A stretch of DNA of 64,000 nt from NCBI GenBank assembly GCA_037447605.1, contig CM074806.1, forward strand, positions 3,720,001 through 3,784,000. The letters are read 5' to 3'. Source of the DNA: Zygnema circumcarinatum SAG 698-1b (taxonomy: Eukaryota > Plantae > Zygnematophyceae). The position numbers and the translations under genes were made by a program. This document shows, piece after piece, positions 27,978 through 40,453 of this stretch; the first letter of the stretch is position 1; each line of letters begins with the position of its first letter. The notes beneath the pieces are model-generated. The model was not told the DNA's origin. It searched no databases and was given only the letters and a program-made list of their open reading frames with translations.

Positions 27978-28838
27978 GGGTCGTGGAGGGGCAATAAGGG
28001 GGCAGAGACGAGAGAGAGATTGGGGGTCATGTTTAATTAATATAGTAGAATGTTTCATTTTTGTTCAGTCCCTCAGTCCCTCCTCTCCCCAAAAAAAGGG
28101 ACAACGTAAGTAGACTCGGTAGGAAGGTTTTTATTTTTATTTTTTTAAATTGCCTTTGTGGAAGGGTCGTCAGAAAGGATGAGGATACAAAGGTCGGTAT
28201 TCTGAGAAAGGAATATTTATTTGGGAACTACTGTGCTGCACTGTTGTTGCAGTAACCTGAAATCTTTGACATTTCCCAAAGAAATAGAATTCGAAGCTGC
28301 ATTATTGCGAGATAAATAGTAAACGCGAAACCCTAAACCCGGTTCTCTTTTTAGATGTAAATCCCGAAGCCCAATGCACAGGCCGGACTATTGGATCGGC
28401 AACCATTGGCGAACCATTGGACGGCGATGGTTGGCCGTTCGATAGTTTACAACCATTGAATCCTGAGGTTGCAACCATTGGCAATGGTTCACTGGGTCCC
28501 CAGCCAATGGTTGCGAAACATCGGATGGCGAAACATTGCAATGGTTGGCTCGTTTAAAGAAGCAAATGGTTGGCAGTCGTTCGTGATCGCCAACAGTGGC
28601 GCCACGCATCTGAAAAGTTAAAAAAAAATAACGCCTTGAAAAGAAGAAAACAGTAGCTAGCATTGTGTTTTATCATTGCTTCCATTACAGCATTTTAGTT
28701 ATTTAGTCTTCATATCCGTCTAGTGCCATTGATTTTGACACCATAGTGACGACGACATACGACAACGTCTCGAGTCCAGAAAACGCGGAACATACGGATG
28801 ATACGATGACAAGTATTGGCACTTGTCGACTACCAACG

Positions 28839-29068
28839 TGGCATGGCACGGCATGGCACGGCATGGCACGGCATGGCAGGGCATGTCCTGGCATGGCAGG
28901 CCATGGCATGGCACGGCATGGCACGGCATGGCAGGGCATGTCCTGGCATGGCAGGCCATGGCATGGCACGGCATGGCACGGCATGGCACGGCATGGCAGG
29001 GCATGTCCTGGCATGGCATGGCATGGCATGGCATGGCATGGCACGGCTGGCACGGCATGGCATGGCAC
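28839..29068. repeat. Pentamer (TGGCA/CGGCA) satellite with a higher-order ~55-65 bp period
   Basis: GGCAT/GGCAC arrays punctuated three times by GGCAGGGCATGTCC. Confidence 0.9.
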
Positions 29069-29536
29069 TCCGACAAAACGGTCACCCGTAATGTCGGCGT
29101 GATTCGCGGCATCCAGCCAGCCCCTGTCGGCTCGCTCAGCCCGGCACCGCACGTGTCGGTGCCGGATGCCAACTGACGCACCGACACAATTTGACAGATG
29201 GCACTTGTGCGAGGACGCCACGTGGTTGGCCGCCTGGTTTTGAAGGCGCCTCCGGACAGACCTTGCCGCCCTGCCGTGTCGGTTTCGTACGGTCCGGGCG
29301 GCAGGCCGGCCCCGCGCCTATCCCGTTCCACCCGCGCCGCGACAAGCCCTGCCGCCCTGCGCGCCGCCCGGTTGAAGGCGCTGACGTGGTATGACACGTG
29401 GGGTTGCCCGAGCAGTACACGTCAGCAGCACTTCGCGGATGGAGCCCAAAACGATTAACGGCTCCATTTGGAAACCCCCTGCCGCCAAGCCGCCGTCGGC
29501 TGCAAAAGTTTCGGGATCTGCCCGTTTCTGCCCTAT

Positions 29537-29981
29537 GCTGCCCGCCACCAGCTGCCCGACGCTGCCTGCTGCTGCCCGCTGCCCGCTGCTGCCCGTTGCT
29601 GCCCGCCACCAGCTGCCCGACGCTGCCTGCTGCTGCCCGCTGCCCGCTGCTGCCCGTTGCTGCCCGCCACCAGCTGCCCGACGCTGCCTGCTGCCCGCTG
29701 CTGCCCGCTGCTGCCCGCTGCTGCCCGCTGCTGCCCGCTGCTGCCCGCTGCTGCCCGCTGCTGCCCGCTGCTGCCCACTGCTGCCCGCCACCAGCTGCCC
29801 GACGCTGCCTGCTGCTAGCCTGCTACCCTCTGCCCGCTGCTGCCCGGTTCTGCCCGCCACCAGCTGCTCGACGCTGCCTGCCGCTGCCCGCTGCCCGCTG
29901 CTTCCGGCTGCTGCCCGCTGCTGCCCGCCACCAGCTGCCCGAAGCTGCCCGCTGCCTGCTGCTGCCCGCTGCCCGCTGCCC
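29537..29981. repeat. GC-rich GCTGCCC/GCT composite tandem repeat
   Basis: Repeated GCTGCCC and CTGCTGCCCG units, with the recurring block GCCACCAGCTGCCCGACGCTGCCT. Confidence 0.9.
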
Positions 29982-30264
29982 AAATTTTTATCGCAGCGAG
30001 CAAGCCAGCTGCTCCCGGGCCTCGCTGATTGGGCCACGTGGCGCTTGAACTGGCGCATGACTCGCGCGAGTCGCTTCTGTGCGGTGGCGGGCGGAGGGCG
30101 GTACGGGCGGTGGGCCGGTGGGAGGGGGAGGGGGAGGTGGGCAGGGCGGGAGGGAGGGTAGGAGGGAGAGAGAGCGGGAGAGAGCGCGGGAGAGAGGGCG
30201 GGAGAGAGGGCGGGAGAGACAAAGAGTGAGTGAGAGAGAGAGGGAGAGGGAGAAAAAAGGCGCA

Positions 30265-32321
30265 ATGGTGGGCGGGAGGACGTGGCGCTCTTTGGAGCTC
30301 TCCATTGCGCTGCTGCTCATCTCCACCTTGGGGGCGTCGCTCTCAGCGGAGGGGAAGCCGCTGCTGCCGGCGGAAGGTGAGAGGCCGCGGAAGCTATGGT
30401 AGCCATGGCCCAGCAACCAAAGACGTTTCTTTTAGTTTTTTCCTTTTTTATAAACCTTACTATACTCTCCTTCTCACGGCCCACATGAAGCCATGGCTGC
30501 CGGTTGCAGAGGAGGCGCTGCTTGCGGTGAGGGAGGAGGGGGGGGGGGCGGTCACGTGGCGGGGCGGGGCGGACTGCAGCCAATGGGAAGGCGTCACGTG
30601 CGCCGACTCGGGACACGTGGCAACCATGTAGGGCCCGTCACACACCCGACCGTATTCTGGAAACGTAAAGCTAGAACAATGAAGCTACGCCTCTATGGAC
30701 CTGCGGTTCAATTTCACCTCCTGAGGCATACGAACTCAAAGAAAAAAATCAAAATAAAACGCATTGCAGTCAGTATGGGGTTGAGAAACGCAACGAATTG
30801 AAAAACATTTTCGCAATGCTGTGTTCGCCTGCGCGAAGCATGTGACCGAAATTGTTGAAAAACTCGACTTGAAATTTGTGGAAAGAAGGGCAACCCAAGA
30901 AGAATTAATCAACCCAGCCACCTGTATTGTGCCTTTCGGCTTAGACCTTCATTACGAACTCCTTTATTCAAACCCTAAAGAAGTCAAATACTCACATAAG
31001 CCGAAGCTATGCTTGTCTTCCCCTGTATTGCAGAAACTTGCAAACTCTTCAACTTTCAGATAAAACGCTCCAGGAGTTGCGGAAGAAGCTGCCCTTTCTT
31101 GAAGCTGGGTAACTCCAAAAAACCAAACCTCCAAACTTTTAGAAAAACTTGAACTCTTTTTCTTGATCCCTGCACGCTCCAAGCCCCCGTTTCATTCTCT
31201 GATGGAGAAACCATTCTACGTTTCTAAGCAGGTCTCAAAAGACTCCATCCAAGCCGATCAATCTCTTAATTGATTCGTCAAAGCCCCCCGAAAAGGAACC
31301 TATCCTGCCGCGAAAATTGGGCTCTTCCCTCTCTTCAACAAGCACAAACTTTCGCGCTCATTCCCGAGTCCTCACTGCTTCCGCTCTCAATCTCAGCATT
31401 TGGGAGGAACGAAAAAGAGTGACGAACATTGTGGGGGTCATGTCGGTCCCCTCTCGCGGCTCGTTCTCCCCCTCTGCCTCCCTCATATCGAGAAGGTTCA
31501 AGCAGGCGAGCGCTAAGCCAACGTTAGGGCTTGCTCGCATAGTGGACCTATTCGACTGTAATGTGGGCTTTCCAGCATCTCAAGTTGTCCAAAGTTTCGA
31601 AGATTTTGGACTCGCTTCCGGTATCGTGGCTCTCCGAAAATGGGACTCCATTTCTATGGGATGGGTGCTGCTCTGCTCCGGCGCGCTATTGGCTCCGCAG
31701 CTTGTGCTCACAGCAGCACATTGTTTATATAATACTGATGCCAACAGTTGGTTAGTGAGTGAATCTGACCCCATTATGGTTTACTCCCGGTACAACGGCG
31801 CAACGGACACCGTTTACTCGACTTCGCTAGCCACTGATCCAATGCTGTTTACGGAATACCTGCGAAAATCGACATGGGAAGACTCACTATTTGACAGCTG
31901 TGATTTTGCAACTTTGAGATTGAAGGATAGCCTTCCCGGATCGACGTACAGTTGGACGGATCCTGCTCAAGGAGGGTCAGGAAGAATCAATTATGGGTAC
32001 CCTGCAGAGACCCAAGATGGCAACAGCCTAATCTTTGATCAGGGGGATGTGAAGCTCACGATGGGATGTGATGGCCTCAGCAGAAGCGTCTTTTGTGAGA
32101 AGGTCTCCATAGAAGGGGGGATGAGTGGAGGTCCTATGTTCAGCAATTATTACGATGGGCTCATCGTGGGGGTGGCCTCTGGTTCTACTTTAGATGGATG
32201 CCCAGCATACTATGGAGGGGTGACTGGAAAGTTCAAGCTGGCGACCCTTGTGAAGCGACACAAGTGTGAGGTGCTGGAGACCAAAACCAGCCTTGGGATT
32301 ATCAAGACTGCAAAATGTTAG
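30265..32321 (+). CDS. Secreted LRRNT-cap / trypsin-like serine protease fusion, paralog 2; exons 30265-30376, 30510-30627, 31034-31108, 31232-32321; 464 aa
   Basis: Signal peptide (SIALLLISTLGASLSA); LRRNT cap (EALLAVR..VTWRGGADCSQWEGVTCADSGHV); a 75-nt phase 2-2 exon ending LPFLEAG; and LCSGALLAPQLVLTAAHC, CDFATLRL, GYP and GMSGGP. Intron phases (1,2,2) are the same as in paralog 1. Confidence 0.8.
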
Positions 32322-32939
32322 ATATGGGGGGGGGCGGGGAGGGAAGGTAATGGGGGATTGGGGGTGGGGCCAGGGGGGTTTTAGGGCAATTGATGCAGCG
32401 GAAGGGGATTGTAAGGTGTGCAGAGATCACAGATTTTGTTAGTTTCAAGGAATGCCTTATTTCTTCATTGGATTTTTTTTTTGACCCCATCTTTTTGGGA
32501 GACAAAGATGGGGTCATTTTCATCAGCCTGTGAAGTAGAAAATGAATTGTCTCCCAAATAATCTCATTATTTTCACCTCCATGTTCTTCGCAGCTGACAT
32601 TAGTTGGAATCTTTACAACAGCGTTCCGCTAATATGATTTACTCACGAGAATCTTCCTTGCACATGGAACCTTCCTGCTCTAATGTGTGCTTTGCGTCGA
32701 CCTACAATGAAGCGCTACTCCCAAATGATGGAACAAAAAACTAATCTCCTGTACAAAGAAAAACTACTATACAGGTGTGGGCAACTAAACACGCACTGGA
32801 AGGGTCCAAACTTAGCTTTTCGTTACTTATCGAAATCAGAATCCGTACTGTTGAACGTCTGAACTTTAATTGAAAACCAATACGAGTTTCAATTTCGAAT
32901 TTTACAGGTGCTTTCTTTGTAAAAGCCCCCTATTGACCC

Positions 32940-33083
32940 TCGCGGCTGCTCCTAGGGCTGCGTTGTTGAGCCTAGGCGTAACTTTCAGCTCCTAGCTTTT
33001 TCTTTGTCCTTAGGTCCTCGTGGTTACCCATGCTGATTTTGTCCATGCACATTTGATGGCCTCGCCATCGTGAGATCAATGCC
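32940..33083 (-). mobile_element. Fragment (one end) of the 1521-1766 MITE family
   Basis: GTCCTTAGGTCCTCGTGGTTACCC...GATGGCCTCGCCATCGTGAGATCAATGCC is similar to 1676-1766. Confidence 0.6.
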
Positions 33084-33151
33084 ACATCCCCGTCCCCCTG
33101 TTGAACCTTGAGACAATTAACGACTCCCAAACTATTCCAAGCAGACACGTG

Positions 33152-36021
33152 TCATTTCCCGCTTTCCGGCCTCCATGCAGACATGGCGAGCAACGGCCGC
33201 TCCTTCCAGTTCAACACAAGGCTTCCCTCGTCTACCTGAACCATTGCATAGCCTTCACCGTATCTGCACATTCAAACACAGAAACCATTGTCAGAATAAA
33301 GTCTCCGCAGCTCTTTGCTTGCAGTCTTTAATCCATCCGACCTAAATGCGACAATGGGGGAGAGAGAGTGTGTGAGGGAACGCAAGTACGCACGTTCTGA
33401 GAAGCGCCTTCACAGTCTTCACCACATTGGTAGTCAAGTGAGAGGGTTTGAAGCCAGCTCTGCGAACTCTGGCTTGCCATTGGCCAAGGGCCTCCTGTCT
33501 CTCTACCCGGTCCCGGCCCTCAGCAGAGAGAACATTTAGTATAGCTCTTCCTAACACATGTTGCTCGAATAACCGCCTTTCCTTCGAATCTACAGGCAAC
33601 GACGACTCGATGGAGTCAAACATGGTAGTGTAGTAATGCAGGGCTTCATAAAAGCGTGCGAGAAAGAAAGGAGAACTCTGGTTTGTATTTTGCTCTACAA
33701 TAGTAACAATCCTGGGATTCAGTGCATGGATTGTGCGGAGAACTGCATTCCGAGGGTTGCTAGGAGTGACAGTTTCATCGAGAAGGTTGTGTAGGCGAAG
33801 GGCACAGTTGACAGCCACCACTTCCCCTTCGCGAATGTTGATTTCGTGAGGCTGCACAGCCTCTAACTTCGTGCGCAATGCTTCATATTCAAAAGGGACA
33901 TTCCAGGCTCGGGCGACTGCCTGCGTGACATAAGAAATCGCATATCAACCTGTGCTCGATATCGCTCCATCAGGTCTTTGACAAAAAGAGTAAAGAATGA
34001 GAGAAGCTCACCGCAAGTCGTTGTCCAGCCTCAAGAATGCAATGTGCTCGCTTGATTCCTGGTGGGGCCCACAGGTCCACACCTGTTATGTGTAAATGGG
34101 GAGGCCCCCCAGGACGCACTGAAAGGGCTTGAATCAATGGCGGCCATTGAAGGCCATATCCCAAGCCATAGTCAATGATATGGACGCGCTCTGCTCCCTC
34201 AAAAGCCTCCAGCATGGCACTGTTGCAGGCAACATGGCCAAACGTGTGGTAGGGACTCGCATTCACCAATACCTGCGAAAGCCCTTGGCAAGAATGAAAG
34301 GTTGAGCCAAAGTTTGACCGGGAGTTCAATCAGTACCTCAGAAAAGGCAAAATAGATTACAGAAACTTGGCTGCGACGTAGACATGCAGGGCGAAAGTTA
34401 TAGGTATCTGCAGACTTCCCCACATTAGGGTTGCAGTAAGGCAAAGGTGGAGAATTATTGCTCACAAGAGAGCAAGGGTAGTTTATCCACATTTCTTTCC
34501 TGCGACTGTTCTAGACATCAAAATCCAGAATTTTAAGGCTTTGCTTTGCGCTTATCGTGGAGTTGACCCTCAAAGTTTTTGATTCAAGTACTCTTTACAA
34601 AAACTGCCTATTCAAAAAATTGCTGCCTCCAGCACTACGCCTTCTAAGTGAGCGCTGGCAGTCTGTCGCACTCTATTGCATGACGAACTCACCTCAAAAA
34701 CTTTGCTGAGGCTCTTTCCACAGTCAGGATCTTCATTTTCCACGTACGAAGTATAAACTTTGCCTGCTCTGCCGCCCGAGATTCTTGCAACTAAGCCCTC
34801 CAAAAAGTAAGCAGATAACCGCTGCTTGGCATCCCCATAGACTGAAGCTATGTCACCAAGAAGAGACAGTTCTTTATAGACAAGTTCCATATTCCCACTC
34901 ACAACTGCATTCGCAATGCTTACAAGCAGATCAATGGGATTTTCCTTCAAAAAACCTTGGGACGAGAGTTTTTGAGATGGAAGCACCATTCTGTCTGAGT
35001 CCTCGCTATGAATCTGGCCTCCTGAGTCGTCTAGAGAGGAGCCAAGTTCCTGCAGAGGTGGCAAACTGGTGCCATTGTCTTTTTTCTGCTGAGCAAAAGC
35101 AAGGCTGTCATTCTCATTGTGGCCATTGTCGACAAGATAGTCATCTATTTCTATGTCAGTGTCCCATTCATTCGGCATGTTTGTGTCTCCCTGAAACTGT
35201 TCCAAGGGCAACATGTTTTCTAGCTCCGCAAAGGCTACATTCAGCTCATCTAGGCCACTAAAAAAGTCTTCATCCATGTAGTCTATATCGTAAGGGACGG
35301 GCTCCACTGCCTGCACATTGCTGAGCCATTCCTCCAGACCCGCCTGCTCCGCCATCTCTTTATAAGAAGTTCTACCGATTCCCGATGATGCTGATTCAGC
35401 TGATAACTGTATGCTCCCTGCCGACACCTCACTATCCGACTTCTGAGTCTTTGTCCATAGCTGCTGAAGGGTGTTTGTGAGGTCCTTGCTGACGCGCTGA
35501 GGAGCTGGAAGAGCATTGTTTTCTCTGGGAGCTTTATTTGTAACTGTGGTGGATGACGAAAGCAGAGCGAAAGAGACAAAATGAGAGTGATGGGGAGCAG
35601 GAGGCAATGATATGGAGTCAATTCATTGATTAAGAAGTGAAAGAAAAGCTGATGGAACTTCTAACAAACAAAATCAAGAGAATATTGTTAGTAACTAAAT
35701 CCAATCTGCAATTGTATTTCACTAGATCAAAAAATAAAATGCACCAGAAAAATTTAAAATGCGCTCTCATCCCAACAAACCTTTCTGCCGGGTCGAATAA
35801 CAGTGAAATTTGTAGCCCTAGAGCAAAAACATGCATCCATTAGTATTATTTTCCTGACTGAATTTCCAAGCCTAATTCTTTAAAGAGCAAAAACGAACAG
35901 TAGAAGGAACGACATTCGCACCGAGATTCTTGCTTGTGAGGTTCAGCTGTGACCGAAGCCATGCCTGCTGAAGCCGTTCTTCTAAATCAGTGGGGATGCC
36001 TTGCCTTACAGAAGTCTCCAT
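33152..36021 (-). CDS. GRAS transcription regulator (PAT1/LISCL-like); exons 36021-35922, 35543-34693, 34272-34012, 33920-33394, 33263-33152; ~616 aa
   Basis: LHRI (LLVSIANAV, GDAKQRLSAYFLEGLVARI), VHIID (ERVHIIDYGLGYGLQWPPLIQAL..RPGGPP), PFYRE-like (FFLARFYEALHYY) and SAW (RVERQE..QW; LLAMSAW) motifs. GT-AG junctions total 1851 nt. The first exon is less certain. Confidence 0.92.
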
Positions 36022-36802
36022 TTCAGAGTCAAGGTAAAATTTAGTGTTGGAGTAAGCGCTAGGGCTGGGGTCACTGCTGTAATTATTGTGCAGGTTTCCA
36101 GCACTGGCTCCTCATATTGGTTTCATGCCCTTCAAGGCCTGCCATTACGTCAACTACCACTCTGCCACTTTCAGATGACACGGAGAAACCCTTAAATGTA
36201 AAAAAAAAATGATGCAAGCGAGCAGAAGGGAGAAGAGAGAAGAGGGGAGAGGGAGGGAGAAGAGAGGGAGGAGAGGAGAGTAAGGGAGGCAGAGTGAGAG
36301 ACGAGAGCGACGGAGCCCTTAGCCCTAACTTGCACTTTGGAGACCGGCGAGCCCTCCACGTCAGCGCAGGGCCGAATCTCCATCGGTCAGCTTCAGTCAA
36401 TGAGAACTCACCACGCTAGCCCTATATTTGAGAGGATCAGAATCTATATACGTGGCGACCACCCATTGGACGATCGATGAACAGAACTGTTCGATGAGCT
36501 GGCCATTTGGTCGAACAGAACTGGAACTGCGCAGCTCTGTTTTGGTCAAGCTGCACACGTGACAGCCTGTACTGGCCTGCAACCCGGCCCACGTGTCGTC
36601 CCTTGCCATCAGAGAGCGACACGTGGCTCCAGTTTGGATTCGCTTTTTCTGCCACGTGGCTCGGCCTTTGGGCTGTGCGCGTCACCGCTGCTCCAACACT
36701 CCCTGCGAGGGAGAGAGAGGGAGAGAAGAGAGAGGAGAGGGAGAGTAGAGAACGGGAGAGAAGAGAGGCAGAGAGAGCGCGTGCGCGAGAGAGAGAGAGA
36801 CT

Positions 36803-39800
36803 ATGGCTCGTCTCTACTCGCTTCACAGGTCGCACGTGCTACAAAGGGCGCTGTCGCTGATGGAGCGGCGCGCTGCGCCTGGACACATTCAAACATCAAG
36901 AGAATATTCGAAATGTTTAGAGTCCAACAGGAGAAGTCCTGCATTTTTTGGTTTAGATTCTTCGCATTCCGAGGGAAAGGTGCAGAGTTTCCCAAGGAGA
37001 GGTTTTGCAGGCACGCCTGACCACGCGGAGGGCGAGAGGGAGATTGTCGCCGACGTCCTGACTCCGTACAAGTGCCACAACATTGAGGCGCCGCCGATGC
37101 ATGTTGATACCACGGCGGAAGAGATCATGGCCATGTTTCGAACAATGAACGTGATTCGGCGGATGGAGATTCAAGCAGATACGGTGCATACCCTGCTCTC
37201 TCTCTCACTTTCTCTCTTTCCCTCTCTCTCCCTCTCTCTCGCTCTTTTCCTTCTTCCTTCCTTTGTTCCTCTCCACTTTCTTCCTCTCTCGATCACCTTT
37301 TCTCCTTCCTCTCTTGTTACACTCACGCGCACGTGCACGCTCCGACGCTACAAACGGATCATTAAGTTTTAACTATTTTCGAGATGCACACATCGATGGG
37401 AGATGTGAAGCTTGTGCGTGGACGCCTTCATACGCTATCATCAAGTAGCTAGTTGATGCTTTCGTTCTGGAGGTTTAGAGTGATCTGATCCCTGCACTCG
37501 GTTAAGACAGTTATCAAAGAAAGAAACAACGCAAAAATCACCCTTTTTTATTTTATTTGACGCAAAGGAAGGAAAAAATCACTGTAAAATTTTTTCTTCC
37601 TTTCTTTCGTTTTCTTTAGTGGCTGTTGTCTTTCCTAGAAAGGCGCACAAGCAGTATGTACTGAGGCTATTTCAAATGGGTCTGTAGCTCTATCTGCTCG
37701 TGGGAAGGTCAAGTTCTGTGATATGATGGCTATGTATGGATAATTGCTTGACCAATTGTGATGTGTCAATCCAAACCAGCTGTTTTCGGGGTAACACCTA
37801 GCGGACCCTGCAATCTTTCCTCAAATAATGTCCAAACATCTTGAAGTTATTAGGATATAGCCGATGGAAGATGAAAGCATGTCATTTTTTCAAAGAAGTT
37901 GTATCTCAATCTCTCACCTTGTCCCCTCGCAGCTCTATAAGCAGCAGCTTGTGCGAGGATTCTGCCATCTTTATGATGGGCAGGAAGCCATTGCAGTAGG
38001 CACGGAAGCTGGAATCACTTTGGAAGATGCAATCCTTACCGCATACCGTGTGCACGGCACTTTCGTTGCTCGGGGAGGTACGCCATACGTAAGTTCGGAA
38101 CCCATTCACGATTTTTTTTTTCCGTTCTTTGCTCCTCATTCTCCTCAAAATCTCTTTTTTTTTCTACCTTGTCATGCACTTTTGCTCGCACATCTCCTCC
38201 TCCACCCTTTTTGAAAATCAATGTGAATATTTCCATTCTCTATTTAAGCGACTTTCGACTTCTGCGGACGCTCGTCGCTCTTGCCCGAAGGGCTTCAGCA
38301 CTGTTATTGCCACTTTGTGTGGTGCAGGAAGTATTTTGTGAGCTCATGGGACGCCGACCTGGGCCTGCACAAGGAAAGGGCGGTTCCATGCATCTTTACA
38401 AGCGTGAACACAATTTTTTTGGAGGTTGGGGAATCGTCGGGACAAGTGGGCCTTTGGGAACCGGGGTATCCCTCGGCCAAAAAATAGAGAAAAAAAGGAA
38501 TGTGACTGTAACAATTTATGGAGATGGGGCTGCCAACCAGGTACGACTTGCCGATGAACATGTTGTAAAAATTGAAATGTCAAAGTTGCTGAGTGATACC
38601 TGTGGAGGATTCCCAATGTATAGCATTCAGCATTCTGCCCCAGTGATGAATGAGCTTTTGCACATTAGGTGACATGCAAGGCACGTAGTTCGATCCTTAC
38701 GCTTTGAAAGGATTGCAGGGACAAATTTATGAAGCTTTCAACATGGCTGCATTGTGGAAGCTTCCGGTGGTTTACATGGTCGAGAATAACCACGTGAGTT
38801 GTTCTTTCTTTTCCTGCTTTGTTTGAAGAATGAATTCATTCAACATTTGGGGCTGAGAATCGCGATCTTTCTTGTATCGAATCGTCCTGTCAACATTCTG
38901 TTCTATTTGGGCCTTGTTATGCAGTATGGGATGGGCACCTCGGAGAAAAGAGCTTCAGCTCAACCTACCTTTTTCGACCGTGTTGGCTACATTCCAGGAA
39001 TCAAGGTGACCCAAAAAAACCGAAAATGTGTGTGCTGCATGCGGTCTATTTTCTGCTATTTATTCAGCCTTTAGTTGATATGTTCAGGGGGAGGGATGCT
39101 GGAATTGACCCTTGGTCACGTGGCGAGAGCCGCAGGTAGATGGCATGGATGTCTTTGCAGTGAAGTCGGCCACTCGGTTTGCAAAGGAGTTCGCTTTGGA
39201 CAATGTAAGGCACCAAATTTCTGCACTTATATTCGGCCATTCATTATTTGCTCAGGGGGGCTTCTAAAGTTCAAATAGTACAGGCAGACTGCCAACTGAA
39301 AAGGCCTGATTGCAAAGGTATCTGGCCACTGCTGCTTTTCACCTTCTACTAGCTTCCGCACCAACCGCCAACACAGTCATATGAAAATCACTGCAGGGGC
39401 CCATTGTCTTGGAAATGGACACATATCGGTATCACGGGCACAGCATGTCGGACCCCGGCAGCACGTACCGAGCTCGGCAGGAAGTGCAGGAGACCCGCCA
39501 TGCTCGGGACTGCATTGCCCGCCTGCGCCAACTCATCCTTAAGGCAAGTGGGCAATGGCAGTCTTGCTAACTCAGCCCAGTGTCTGCCCCACCTTAAGGG
39601 CACAGCAGCATCGCGAGAAGTCCGAGGGCTCCTTGTTGACCTCAGCCATTGGCCTTTGCATTTTTGCGAGAGGGCAGGAGCAGCTGCACACGGAGGACGA
39701 GCTGAAGGAGATCGAGAAGGAGACTCGCGCCTACGTGGCGGAGGAAGCGAAGCGCGCGCAAGAAGCACCGCAGCCGGAGGAGCATGAAATGTGGTCCCTC

Positions 39801-39872
39801 GTGTACCGCTCGGACGCGGGCGTCGTGCAGCAGGGGGTCAACCGCCGCGAGACGCAGGTCCGAATGCCATAA
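36803..39872 (+). CDS. PDHA: Mitochondrial pyruvate dehydrogenase E1 alpha; exons 36803-37183, 37933-38088, 38328-38540, 38719-38793, 38925-39005, 39136-39204, 39397-39543, 39678-39872; ~438 aa
   Basis: [23 protein letters not shown], ThDP motif YGDGAANQG...ENNHYGMGT and [13 protein letters not shown]. Arg-rich presequence. The last intron is GC-AG. Confidence 0.95.
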
Positions 39873-40169
39873 CGGTTCAACGGGCGCTTAGGGAGAACCA
39901 CATGTCCTCGCTACTGCCTACACCAGTGGATGGGTGAATGCTCGTCAGAATGCTGAACAAAAAGGAGCGAACGTGTCGAGCGGGAGGCATTTCACGTATA
40001 GATGATTACTATGTACCATATCTGCGTATGCCATGTTTGCGACGATACCGTCAAACTCTCTATGTAGATACATGTACATGCTGTGCAAATTAGTACAAGA
40101 AGCAGGTGAATATCTGCGACTCAAAATCGAGTCTCAGTCATCAGTCTGTGTGTCTGGAAAGAGAATTTT

Positions 40170-40290
40170 GCATCGATCTCACGATGGCAATGCCATCAAA
40201 TGTACATGGGGATACAAGAGGAACCGGACATGTAAGGTCCTGAGGTAAAAAAGAAAAAAGCTATGATCAAAGGAAAGGTGCAAAAGATGC
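40170..40290 (+). mobile_element. Fragment of the 1521-1766 MITE family between the converging PDH and PRKDC 3' ends
   Basis: GCATCGATCTCACGATGGCAATGCCATCAAATGTACATGG...GAGGAACCGG...GGTCCTGAGG matches the family end. Confidence 0.6.
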
Positions 40291-40453
40291 AAATCAGATA
40301 CACTGGAGCAGAGGAACAAAATGACAGCCACGACAAACGGCTTCCTTTACATGTGAACGATCACTGAACAGCCCTCCCCGCAGAGACATAAACGTCTCTT
40401 TGTACAAACCCCAATCCGGCAAAAGTGAATTGGATCCCAATTCTGTCCAATTT

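Noticed and set aside
28866-29010. GGGCATGTCC matching a p53 half-site
   Set aside because: Plants lack p53, and the motif is simply a unit of the pentamer satellite.
28703-30265. Cys/Ala/Pro- or His/Gly/Met/Ala-rich ORFs (e.g. 29391-30161, 28746-29102)
   Set aside because: They arise from stop-free GC-rich satellites open in many frames on both strands, with no domain or splice support.
38030-38060. YRVHG in PDH E1-alpha as a sign of inactivation
   Set aside because: That position varies across E1-alpha proteins, and the ThDP and phospho-loop motifs are intact.
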